Both the position numbers and the translations under genes were made by a program. From a virus (taxonomy: Duplodnaviria > Caudoviricetes), in IMG/VR virus record IMGVR_UViG_3300038825_001248, positions 1-59,949 of that record: DNA of 59,949 nucleotides, one strand, 5' to 3'. Shown here in pieces: positions 47,942-56,080 of the stretch. The notes under the pieces were generated by a model. That model saw only the letters and a list, made by a program, of their open reading frames with translations. It did no database searches and was not told the origin of the DNA. The number at the start of each line of letters is the position of its first letter. Position 1 is the first letter of the stretch.

Positions 47942-48102
47942 TGGCAAAAAAAGGAAGAACAAAAGGAAATAAAATATGTCCAGCTGGAATTGCTTGGGCA
48001 AAAAGAACCTTCGATAGATACCCTTCAGCGTATGCAAATATGGCTGCAAGCAAATATTGTAAAGATCCAAATTACGCTAAAGGAACTAAAAAGAAAAAAT
48101 AA
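47941..48102 (+). CDS. Small basic protein (53 aa)
   Basis: ICPAG.AWAKR.FD.YPSAYAN; TAATG coupling. Confidence 0.7.
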   Translation: MAKKGRTKGNKICPAGIAWAKRTFDRYPSAYANMAASKYCKDPNYAKGTKKKK

Positions 48103-48106
48103 AGAT

Positions 48107-48364
48107 ATGGCTTGTGAAGGATTAACAGGAAATGCGAAAAAAAAATGTATGAAAGCTTATGTTAAAGAAGCTAAAAACATTTACCCTAGATTTAATGTAG
48201 AAAATGAAACTCTTGTTAAGAGTAGAAGTAATAATATTTCAGGAGCGATGCAAGATTCTCCTAAAGATAATGTAAAAGAACAAAAGGTTACAAAGAAAGG
48301 AAATCAATTTATAGTGAAAACTATTATTAAGAAACCAAGGAAAGTAAAATTAAAAGGAAGATAA
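48107..48364 (+). CDS. Small basic protein (start MACEG at 48107)
   Basis: K-rich, 85 aa. Confidence 0.6.
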   Translation: MACEGLTGNAKKKCMKAYVKEAKNIYPRFNVENETLVKSRSNNISGAMQDSPKDNVKEQKVTKKGNQFIVKTIIKKPRKVKLKGR

Positions 48365-48386
48365 TAACAATTAAAAATTAGAAATC

Positions 48387-48566
48387 ATGCAAATGAGAAA
48401 ACCGATGCTTAATGCAATTCAAAAAGTAAAAATGGCCATGGGTAAAAAGAAGCCTAAGCTTTCAATGAGAAAACCTAAATTAAATCCAGGCTTTGACGCT
48501 CTTCCATCATCAGTTCAAAAGAAAATGATGAAAAAAGCTAAAATGGCTATGAGGAAAATGAAGTAA
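48387..48566 (+). CDS. Small Lys/Met-rich protein (59 aa)
   Basis: MQMRKPMLN...KMAMRKMK. Confidence 0.65.
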   Translation: MQMRKPMLNAIQKVKMAMGKKKPKLSMRKPKLNPGFDALPSSVQKKMMKKAKMAMRKMK

Positions 48567-48931
48567 TGGCTTTTAACTTAAAAAATATTTATGAGGTTTT
48601 CGGTCACAACAAACAATACTCCAACGGAGACAGAATTGTTGTGGAGAAAAAAATGTCTAAAAATGTTTTAGGTCAAATAAATCCTAATGGCGTTATTGAA
48701 ATTAATAAAGACGCAACGCCAGCAAATAAACGTAGAGCTGTAAAGCACGAGCAAGTACACCTTGACCAAATTAGGTTAGGGTTGTTGCATTTCGATCATA
48801 ATAATTATTATTATAGAGAAAGCATAACCTCACCAATACAGCGTATACCGAGCAGTAAAATTAATACCTATGACAGAACTCTGCCATGGGAAATACAAGC
48901 GCATAATGGGGGAATTAAAAAAATGGGTTAA
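48566..48931 (+). CDS. Small zincin-like metallopeptidase
   Basis: HEQVH plus LPWEIQA. Confidence 0.7.
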   Translation: MAFNLKNIYEVFGHNKQYSNGDRIVVEKKMSKNVLGQINPNGVIEINKDATPANKRRAVKHEQVHLDQIRLGLLHFDHNNYYYRESITSPIQRIPSSKINTYDRTLPWEIQAHNGGIKKMG

Positions 48932-49145
48932 ACAAAAATGGGTTCGTATCGGCACCGATGGTAAAATCAAAGGGCCTTGTGGTACGTCTAAAAACAAAAA
49001 GAATCCGGATAGATGTTTGCCATTAGCGAAAGCGAGAAGATTAAGTAAAAAACAATTAGCAGCAACAGCTAAGAAAAAAAAGAGACAAGGCAGAGGTCGT
49101 CAATTTGTTTCTAACACTAGAGCTGCAAAAGTAAGAAACGCATAA
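48906..49145 (+). CDS. Small basic protein (start MGELKKW at 48906)
   Basis: KWV.IG...GPCG...RCLP, K/R-rich. Confidence 0.7.
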   Translation: MGELKKWVKQKWVRIGTDGKIKGPCGTSKNKKNPDRCLPLAKARRLSKKQLAATAKKKKRQGRGRQFVSNTRAAKVRNA

Positions 49146-49146
49146 T

Positions 49147-49437
49147 ATGGCTAGTAAAAAAAACATGCCTTGCAATAAAGTAAGGCCGTCTACAAGACCA
49201 GGTAAAAAGAAAATGGTAAAAGCTTGTGAGGGCGGTAGAGAAAAGCTAATTCACTTTGGAGCCAAAGGTTATGGGCATAATTATTCTGCGGCAGCAAGAA
49301 AAAGTTTTAGAGCTAGACATAAGTGTGGAACAGCTAAATCAAAACTAACAGCTAGATACTGGGCATGTAAAAAATTATGGGCAGGAAAAGGCGGCAGCAC
49401 CAAGTCAAGTCCTAAAAGCAGACAAGGAAAATATTAG
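49147..49437 (+). CDS. Small basic protein
   Basis: KLIHFG.KG...RKSFRARHKC...TARYWAC. Confidence 0.75.
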   Translation: MASKKNMPCNKVRPSTRPGKKKMVKACEGGREKLIHFGAKGYGHNYSAAARKSFRARHKCGTAKSKLTARYWACKKLWAGKGGSTKSSPKSRQGKY

Positions 49438-49445
49438 TATATTTG
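49438..49445 (+). promoter_or_regulatory. Bacteroidota -7 promoter element
   Basis: TATATTTG upstream of ATG 49477. Confidence 0.6.
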
Positions 49446-49463
49446 TAAAATATTTAAAAACAT

Positions 49464-49595
49464 TAAATAATAAATCATGGCAATAATTCCAGTAGCACAA
49501 AAATTTCACACTTTATCATCTACAGTAGACACTGTTGACAGAGGATCAGCAGAGCTTCAGTCTCAAAGAGAGATTTATACAATGCAAGACATTAT
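49464..49595 (+). repeat. 132-bp direct repeat, copy 1
   Basis: Matches 50895-51026 with 2 mismatches. Confidence 0.95.
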
Positions 49596-50901
49596 TAATA
49601 CTGTATCTGCGACAGGAGGATCAATAGATGGCTCGGGCGCACAATATGCGATACCTGTGTTTACAGACACTAATACCATAACTAATTTACCCTTTGGCAC
49701 TAGTGGTCACTTTTTACAATCAAACGGTAACGGTGCTAATCCTTCGTTTGTAGAGGTTGGAGTAAAAGCCGGAACACAAAATACAGGGATAGGATTTCAA
49801 GCTGCATCTGCAGGAAGTGGAGGTCAATATAACACAGTTTTCGGGCACGACGCTGGAATAGGAGTGTTAGGTACTAGTTATAATACAATAATAGGAGCTT
49901 CAGCATTTCCACTTATAACTGGTAATAGCGCCAACAACACAGCGGTTGGTATGTTTGCCTTAAATTCAGGTTCTAGTAATATTGAACAATGTGTAGCTAT
50001 TGGTAATTTTGCGTTAAGGTTTATGAGTAGATCTGCTTTAGGGGGTAAAAATACCGCCATAGGATATAAAGCAGGACAGGATATTACAACAGGGTATGAT
50101 AATGTACTTGTTGGAAATACAGCAGGAGAAAATGGTACCACTGGCTATAGAAACATTGGGTTAGGAAACACCGCTTTATTCAATTTTGGTTCTGCAAATA
50201 ATAACGTAGCATTAGGACACGGGGCATTAAGTGCTTTGCTTGGGGGTTCAACCAATATATCAATAGGAAATAGTTCTATGGGAACAACCACTAGTGCAGA
50301 AAAAAATGTTTCTGTAGGACATAATGCAGGATATGGCATAAGTGGAGATGAAAATGTAGCCATTGGATGGAGTGCTGCATTTAATTCTTTGTCAGGAGAC
50401 AACAATATTGTAATAGGAAACTTTGCTAACGCAAGCGGTGCGGCTGTTTCAAACGAAATTACATTAGGAAACTCTAGTATAACTACGCTTAGATGCCAAG
50501 TTACCTCTATAACTTCTTTATCAGATGAAAGAGATAAAAAAGATATAGTTGATTTACATAAGGGGCTAGACACAGTAATGGCTTTAAAACCAAGGAAATT
50601 CGTGTGGGACAATAGAGCGGAACAAGTAGTTAAGTCGTGTGTTCCAGCAGAAGTTGACGAAGAAGGTAATGTTATTTCAGAAGAAGTAATTGAATATGAA
50701 GAAATAGTAAGTTCAAAAAAAGGAAGTAAGGACATTGGCTTTATTGCTCAAGAGCTTCAAACAGTAGATGATGATTTTCTTCAATTAGTATACGACGAAA
50801 ATCCTGATAAATTAGAGGCTAGTTACGGTAGATTAGTACCAGTATTAGTAAAAGCAATTCAAGAATTAAAAGAACAATTAGACAATAAACAAGATAAATA
50901 A
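49477..50901 (+). CDS. Fibre protein with S74-like chaperone domain
   Basis: N.A.G repeats; SDERDKKDI, GFIAQE, LVKAIQEL. Confidence 0.85.
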   Translation: MAIIPVAQKFHTLSSTVDTVDRGSAELQSQREIYTMQDIINTVSATGGSIDGSGAQYAIPVFTDTNTITNLPFGTSGHFLQSNGNGANPSFVEVGVKAGTQNTGIGFQAASAGSGGQYNTVFGHDAGIGVLGTSYNTIIGASAFPLITGNSANNTAVGMFALNSGSSNIEQCVAIGNFALRFMSRSALGGKNTAIGYKAGQDITTGYDNVLVGNTAGENGTTGYRNIGLGNTALFNFGSANNNVALGHGALSALLGGSTNISIGNSSMGTTTSAEKNVSVGHNAGYGISGDENVAIGWSAAFNSLSGDNNIVIGNFANASGAAVSNEITLGNSSITTLRCQVTSITSLSDERDKKDIVDLHKGLDTVMALKPRKFVWDNRAEQVVKSCVPAEVDEEGNVISEEVIEYEEIVSSKKGSKDIGFIAQELQTVDDDFLQLVYDENPDKLEASYGRLVPVLVKAIQELKEQLDNKQDK

Positions 50902-51026
50902 TAAATCATGGCAATAATTCCAGTAGCACAAAAATTTCACACTTTATCATCTACAGTAGACACTGTTGACAGAGGTTCGGCAGAGCTTCAGTCTCAAAGA
51001 GAGATTTATACAATGCAAGACATTAT
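50895..51026 (+). repeat. 132-bp direct repeat, copy 2
   Basis: Matches 49464-49595 with 2 mismatches. Confidence 0.95.
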
Positions 51027-51456
51027 CGATAGTATTCCTGCGGGCAGTTCAACAGATTTAAAAAACGCAACAGTAACATTAACACCTGCCCAGCTGCTTA
51101 CTTTGAATGGCGGGGGAACTTTATCGTTAATTCCTGCACCCGGCGCCGGTAAATTAATAGCTGTAATGAATGTAGTTTATAAATTGGACTTCACCTCAGT
51201 TCAGTATAATTTTGCAGGAGCTTTAGGCCAATCAATACAATTTTACATAGGAACAGATCCCTCACGGGGGATAGGATTTAATATATTTAATGCAGCTGTT
51301 GATCAATACGGAAGTCTTGATTTTCCAAATAGTGACACAAACACTGATATTCAGCCAAATGTTGCTTTTACCCTTCAAGCTTCCTCAGGGGTATCAGTAT
51401 CCCAAGGAGATTCACCCTTTGTAATTAATATTCTTTATAGAGAAGTAACTATTTAA
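50908..51456 (+). CDS. Short fibre/spike with shared anchor
   Basis: First 40 aa identical to the 49477 protein. Confidence 0.7.
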   Translation: MAIIPVAQKFHTLSSTVDTVDRGSAELQSQREIYTMQDIIDSIPAGSSTDLKNATVTLTPAQLLTLNGGGTLSLIPAPGAGKLIAVMNVVYKLDFTSVQYNFAGALGQSIQFYIGTDPSRGIGFNIFNAAVDQYGSLDFPNSDTNTDIQPNVAFTLQASSGVSVSQGDSPFVINILYREVTI

Positions 51457-51467
51457 ATAAATAAACA

Positions 51468-52598
51468 ATGGCAATAATACCAGTAGGACAAAAATTTCAC
51501 ACACTAACTTCATCAACAGTTACTTTAGACTTAGGATCTGCAAGAGCAAATAGCGGTAGAGAAGTCTACACAATGCAGGACATTATAGACACAGTACCAT
51601 CTGGTGGTGCGACGAGCCTAAACGGATTGACTGATTGTCTAGTTGACCTTACTTCTTTATATGTAGGATTGGTACCACCTAATTTATCTGGTAGTCCTCA
51701 GCGCAATACAACTCTAGGTATTGATGCGGGATTATTATTAACCACAGGTGGTGACAACACATTTTTAGGTTATCAAGCTGGTAATACCACAACTAGTGCT
51801 GGTAAAAATGTTGCGATAGGTAGTTATGCTTTAGAAAATTCTCAAACATCTGAACAAAATGTAGCTATCGGATATGAATCTTTAGAATCTATTAACAATG
51901 GTGATGCCAATACAGCTGTTGGTTATCAAGCTGGCTTTGTTAACACTGGAGATTATAATACGTTTCTAGGTTGTAATATTGGTTCAATGCCTACTAGTGG
52001 TACTGGAGTTACGGTTATAGGGGCTGGTGCTTTTGCGGGGGGGTCGGCTGATAGTTATGCTACCGCTCTAGGTTACAGAGCTGGTACTAGAGGATCTTTC
52101 ACTATAACTATTGGAACTGCTAAACAATTTTTTGGCACTGATTATGGTACTCTTGACACTAGAATATATGGTCTCAGAACTGCTGTTAATTCGGCAACTG
52201 CTAACCAAACTTTAACAGCAAATGACTCGGGTGAAACATTTGTGTTTAGTGATGCAGATGCAACACTTACCCTACCTAATTCTAATGCTGGTGATATGAT
52301 TGGTGTATACTTTTACTTTGTCGTGTTGGACGATACCGCTGGAACAAAAATAGTGCAACTTAATTCAACAAATAATGATAAATTGCTTGGAGCAGTATTA
52401 TCTGTAGACACCGATTCATCTGATGCTAATTCTTCTTTTGCAGCTCAAATAGCAGATGGGTTTAATACAATAACATTCGACGGCACCACTACTGGTAGAG
52501 CTGGTAGTAAAGTAACTGTTACAAATATAGCGGCTGATACATGGTATGTTGAAGGTACTTTATTATGTACTGGATCTCCTGCAACTCCGTTTTCGTAA
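51468..52598 (+). CDS. Fibre protein with diverged shared anchor
   Basis: MAIIPVGQKFHTL...YTMQDI; N.AIG repeats. Confidence 0.75.
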   Translation: MAIIPVGQKFHTLTSSTVTLDLGSARANSGREVYTMQDIIDTVPSGGATSLNGLTDCLVDLTSLYVGLVPPNLSGSPQRNTTLGIDAGLLLTTGGDNTFLGYQAGNTTTSAGKNVAIGSYALENSQTSEQNVAIGYESLESINNGDANTAVGYQAGFVNTGDYNTFLGCNIGSMPTSGTGVTVIGAGAFAGGSADSYATALGYRAGTRGSFTITIGTAKQFFGTDYGTLDTRIYGLRTAVNSATANQTLTANDSGETFVFSDADATLTLPNSNAGDMIGVYFYFVVLDDTAGTKIVQLNSTNNDKLLGAVLSVDTDSSDANSSFAAQIADGFNTITFDGTTTGRAGSKVTVTNIAADTWYVEGTLLCTGSPATPFS

Positions 52599-52631
52599 AA
52601 AATAAAAAATGATTATATAAAATAATTTACG

Positions 52632-52639
52632 TAACTTTG
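52632..52639 (+). promoter_or_regulatory. Bacteroidota -7 promoter element
   Basis: TAACTTTG upstream of ATG 52665. Confidence 0.6.
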
Positions 52640-52664
52640 AAAAAAATAATTAAATACAAATAAA

Positions 52665-52922
52665 ATGAGTGAACAAGTAAAAAAAGTAAGCGAAGAACAT
52701 TTAAGTAAACTTCAAGAATTAAACCAAAATTTTGCCAATCTTCATAAACAAGTTGGAGATTTAGAAGTAAGAAAACATCAAGTGCTAGGCGCTATAGATA
52801 GTCTTAGATCTGAATTTACGTCTTTTGAAGCTGAGTTGATTAAACAATACGGTGACAATGTAGTTATTAATTTGGAGAGCGGCGAGATAAAAGACAAACC
52901 AGAAGATGGCGAAGATAAGTAA
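52665..52922 (+). CDS. Small coiled-coil protein, possible fibre chaperone
   Basis: Heptads followed by YG.NV.INL.SG; beside fibre genes. Confidence 0.6.
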   Translation: MSEQVKKVSEEHLSKLQELNQNFANLHKQVGDLEVRKHQVLGAIDSLRSEFTSFEAELIKQYGDNVVINLESGEIKDKPEDGEDK

Positions 52923-54990
52923 TTTAATAGCCTATCCTACCGTTGCACCGCAACTAGGGGATTATGTAATAGGTACAGATACATCAAACAGCAATGAGAC
53001 AGTAAACTTTACACTACAGTCTATTGCAAATATAATCCCAGCGGACACACTTGCAGAAGTTTTGGCAGCGGGAAATACTGCTACCAATGACATAAACTTA
53101 ACAGGCAATATTACTTTAATAGGAAATCTTTCCACCTCAGGCACAATTGCTGATAGCAGTGGTGATGTAGGTACATCAGGTCAGGTTTTATCTTCAACAG
53201 GCACTGGAACAAACTGGATAAACACTATAGCGGGATCAGGCACACTGAATAGAATTGCTATGTTTACGCCAGATGGACTAACGATTGGCGACAGCAAGCT
53301 ATCACAGTCACTTCCGTTAAGCAGTGGCTTATATCAAATGAGGTTTGACGATTGCGACAGATTTATTATAAACAAACCAAGCTCAGTAACAACGGGGGAT
53401 CCAGAATATTTAATACAACAGGACGGCGATTTCAAAGTTAGTTTTGGATGGGATGACGATGGAGCAGGTTTTGGCTACATATATAATTGGGCTGGTAATG
53501 GCTTAAGGCTTGGAGCTGCGGGGCAAAACCCACAATTTGAATTAAACACTACGGTTCCTAAAATCATATCTCACACCAATCATGAATTTGAAGCAGAAAT
53601 AATAGATAGACTAGGCAATGTAGGATCAAGCGGACAGGTTCTTTCTTCTGCAGCATCAGGAGTTCAATGGATAGATCAACTACCATCGGGATTAAATTTT
53701 CAAGGAGAGTGGGATGCCAACGCAAACAATCCAGCGTTAGCTTCAGGAGTAGGAGTTCAAGGATATTATTACATTGTAGGAACTCCAGGAACCACAAATT
53801 TAGATGGAAATAACAGCTGGCAAACAGGTGACTGGGCTATATTTAATGGTACAGTATGGCAAGAAATTGATAATCAAAATATATTTTCTGGCTCTGGTAC
53901 TATAAACACTTTAACTAAATGGACAGGAACTCAGTCTTTAGGAAATAGTTCTATTACAGATGACGGCACAAGTGTTATCGTTGCTAATGATACATATTTA
54001 CAAGGAAGCACAATTCAAATAGGTAATGCGCCAACGGATTCAACTGTTGTAAACGCAGTATCAACTTTTCAAGCAAACGCTAGATTTAATTCCACCATGC
54101 AGGACGCGGGCGGTCAACCTGGGACTTCTGGTCAAGTATTATCTAGCACAGGGACTTCAGTTTTATGGAAAAGTGTAGTAGATGGTAGTGGAACAGCAAA
54201 CAAAATTCCAAAATGGCTAGACTCTGATACTCTAACTGACAGCGCTATATCTGACGTTGCAGGAGCTGTATCTATCACTGGATCTTCGTTTACGTCAACA
54301 TCTAGTGCTAACGTAGAAATTACATCCACAACAGGACCTATAACTCTGTCGGCTTTTGGTGATGTTAATATTGATAGCCAGACAACAACCCATATAAATA
54401 GAAATAACTTGACAAGTGATATTGGTTTGTGGGGCCCAGCTGTTTTTGAAAACAGCGCTTACTTTAAGTCAACAATAAAAGATAGTACAAATGCAGTAGG
54501 TACAGCAGGACAGGTACTATCTTCTACTGGAACTGCTACTCAATGGATTAACAATTCATCGGCTTTACCGCTAGCAGATGGAACCAGAGTAGTTCAAGGC
54601 ACTGTCACGTCAGCACAAATATTAAATATGTTTACTTCTCCAGTGGTTTTAATTTCTGATCCTGGAGGCAGTAAAATAATTGTAGTAGATTCGGTAGTAG
54701 TAAAATATAATTTTGTAACCTCTGATTATTCAAATTTAGGATTTCCTAGTATTAAATACCGTGTAGTATCTAGCGGGATTTTAGGAAGCAGTGTAACAAA
54801 TACACTGCCAATGTCAGGATCTCAAGATAATTGGACAGTATTTACTGACACTAATACATCAACACAACCAGGTTCAGAAATAGTTGTTAGTACCGCACCA
54901 CAAAACCCAACAGGAGGAGACAGTACATTGTTTTATAATATTAAATACAGAATTTTAAATTCTGCTGATTTAACAGTAGACTTAACATAG
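52906..54990 (+). CDS. Fibre protein
   Basis: Four G..GQVLSS...W repeats; T/S/G-rich. Confidence 0.75.
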   Translation: MAKISNLIAYPTVAPQLGDYVIGTDTSNSNETVNFTLQSIANIIPADTLAEVLAAGNTATNDINLTGNITLIGNLSTSGTIADSSGDVGTSGQVLSSTGTGTNWINTIAGSGTLNRIAMFTPDGLTIGDSKLSQSLPLSSGLYQMRFDDCDRFIINKPSSVTTGDPEYLIQQDGDFKVSFGWDDDGAGFGYIYNWAGNGLRLGAAGQNPQFELNTTVPKIISHTNHEFEAEIIDRLGNVGSSGQVLSSAASGVQWIDQLPSGLNFQGEWDANANNPALASGVGVQGYYYIVGTPGTTNLDGNNSWQTGDWAIFNGTVWQEIDNQNIFSGSGTINTLTKWTGTQSLGNSSITDDGTSVIVANDTYLQGSTIQIGNAPTDSTVVNAVSTFQANARFNSTMQDAGGQPGTSGQVLSSTGTSVLWKSVVDGSGTANKIPKWLDSDTLTDSAISDVAGAVSITGSSFTSTSSANVEITSTTGPITLSAFGDVNIDSQTTTHINRNNLTSDIGLWGPAVFENSAYFKSTIKDSTNAVGTAGQVLSSTGTATQWINNSSALPLADGTRVVQGTVTSAQILNMFTSPVVLISDPGGSKIIVVDSVVVKYNFVTSDYSNLGFPSIKYRVVSSGILGSSVTNTLPMSGSQDNWTVFTDTNTSTQPGSEIVVSTAPQNPTGGDSTLFYNIKYRILNSADLTVDLT

Positions 54991-55017
54991 GGATAGTTAA
55001 ATAAAATTTAATTTATT

Positions 55018-55242
55018 ATGGACATTAGAAAAATCTCCATAGGCGCTGACTATAAGTCAAGCTCTATGCATTACTTAGTAGGCCAGCCTATATTAAACGG
55101 AAGCTACACAATACATTTAATCCAACAAGACTTATCGAATAATTCAATAAAAATTTGGATTGAAAAAAATAATGAGGTATTATTATGGAAGGAATTTAAT
55201 TCCAACATGCCAATAGCCATTGAATATAATATAAACTTTTAA
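55018..55242 (+). CDS. Hypothetical protein
   Basis: 74 aa, coupled to the next gene. Confidence 0.65.
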   Translation: MDIRKISIGADYKSSSMHYLVGQPILNGSYTIHLIQQDLSNNSIKIWIEKNNEVLLWKEFNSNMPIAIEYNINF

Positions 55243-55805
55243 TGAAGTCTCCACACTATTTTATTGTAAAACCTGTTAAGGGTAGAAGATATGATAATAT
55301 AAAAAACATAGGAGGGATTGATTTTTATACAAGCGTTTCTCAAGAAGATCATAGTGCATCCAATAGATTTGCAGAGGTCGTAAGTTGTCCTTTAAATTAT
55401 ACTGGTGAAATACAAGCCGGAGATATATTGCTGGTACACCACAATGTTTTTAAAATATATTACGACATGAAAGGTCGAGAAAAAAGTGGTAGAAGTTTTT
55501 TTAAAGACGACTTGTTTTTTATTGATTATGATCAATTTTATATGTATTATCATAACGGCAAATGGCAAACACATTCTAAGTATTGCTTTATAAAACCGGT
55601 TCCTGTAAGAAAATCGATTATTATGAAGCCGGTTGAAGAGGAGCCTTTAGTGGGTATTATAAAATACACAAACACAAAACTAACTGAACTAGGTGTAAAA
55701 GAAAACGATGAAGTGGTTTTTGAACCTGAATGCGAATATCCATTTTACATTAACGGAGAAAAACTTTACAGAATGTTTTGGAACAACATAACAATGGTAT
55801 TATGA
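55242..55805 (+). CDS. Tandem GroES-like protein
   Basis: Two GroES-like halves: FIVKP...GGI...AEVV..P...IQAGD.LLV and CFIKPV...VGII...GVKENDEVVF. Confidence 0.6.
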   Translation: MKSPHYFIVKPVKGRRYDNIKNIGGIDFYTSVSQEDHSASNRFAEVVSCPLNYTGEIQAGDILLVHHNVFKIYYDMKGREKSGRSFFKDDLFFIDYDQFYMYYHNGKWQTHSKYCFIKPVPVRKSIIMKPVEEEPLVGIIKYTNTKLTELGVKENDEVVFEPECEYPFYINGEKLYRMFWNNITMVL

Positions 55806-56080
55806 AAAGTTCAAAAGATTTAAAGATAGAAATAATTAGCGCAGGCAGAGAGGCTGTAGCACAATTAATAAAGGTTGCTAAAGAAGATATTATTAAATAT
55901 GATAAGGATGATGAGTTAGCGGCTGACAGGTTAAAGAATGCTGCGGCTACAAAAAAACTAGCTATATTCGATGCGTTTGAAATACTTACAAGAATAGAAT
56001 TAGAAAAAGATTTACTAAACGGAGTTGAAAAAGTAGAAGAAAAATCAAGACAAGGATTTGCAGAAAGACGATCAAAATAA
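55802..56080 (+). CDS. Putative terminase small subunit (start likely 55802)
   Basis: Helical ~92 aa protein immediately upstream of and overlapping terL. Confidence 0.45.
   Translation: MKSSKDLKIEIISAGREAVAQLIKVAKEDIIKYDKDDELAADRLKNAAATKKLAIFDAFEILTRIELEKDLLNGVEKVEEKSRQGFAERRSK

Noticed and set aside
47990-48106. N-terminal extension of the 47990-48364 ORF
   Set aside because: Overlaps the better-supported 47941-48102 gene; ATG at 48107 preferred
49464-51026. DGR template/variable repeat or invertible shufflon
   Set aside because: No reverse transcriptase or site-specific recombinase found; repeats are direct, N-terminal and differ only synonymously
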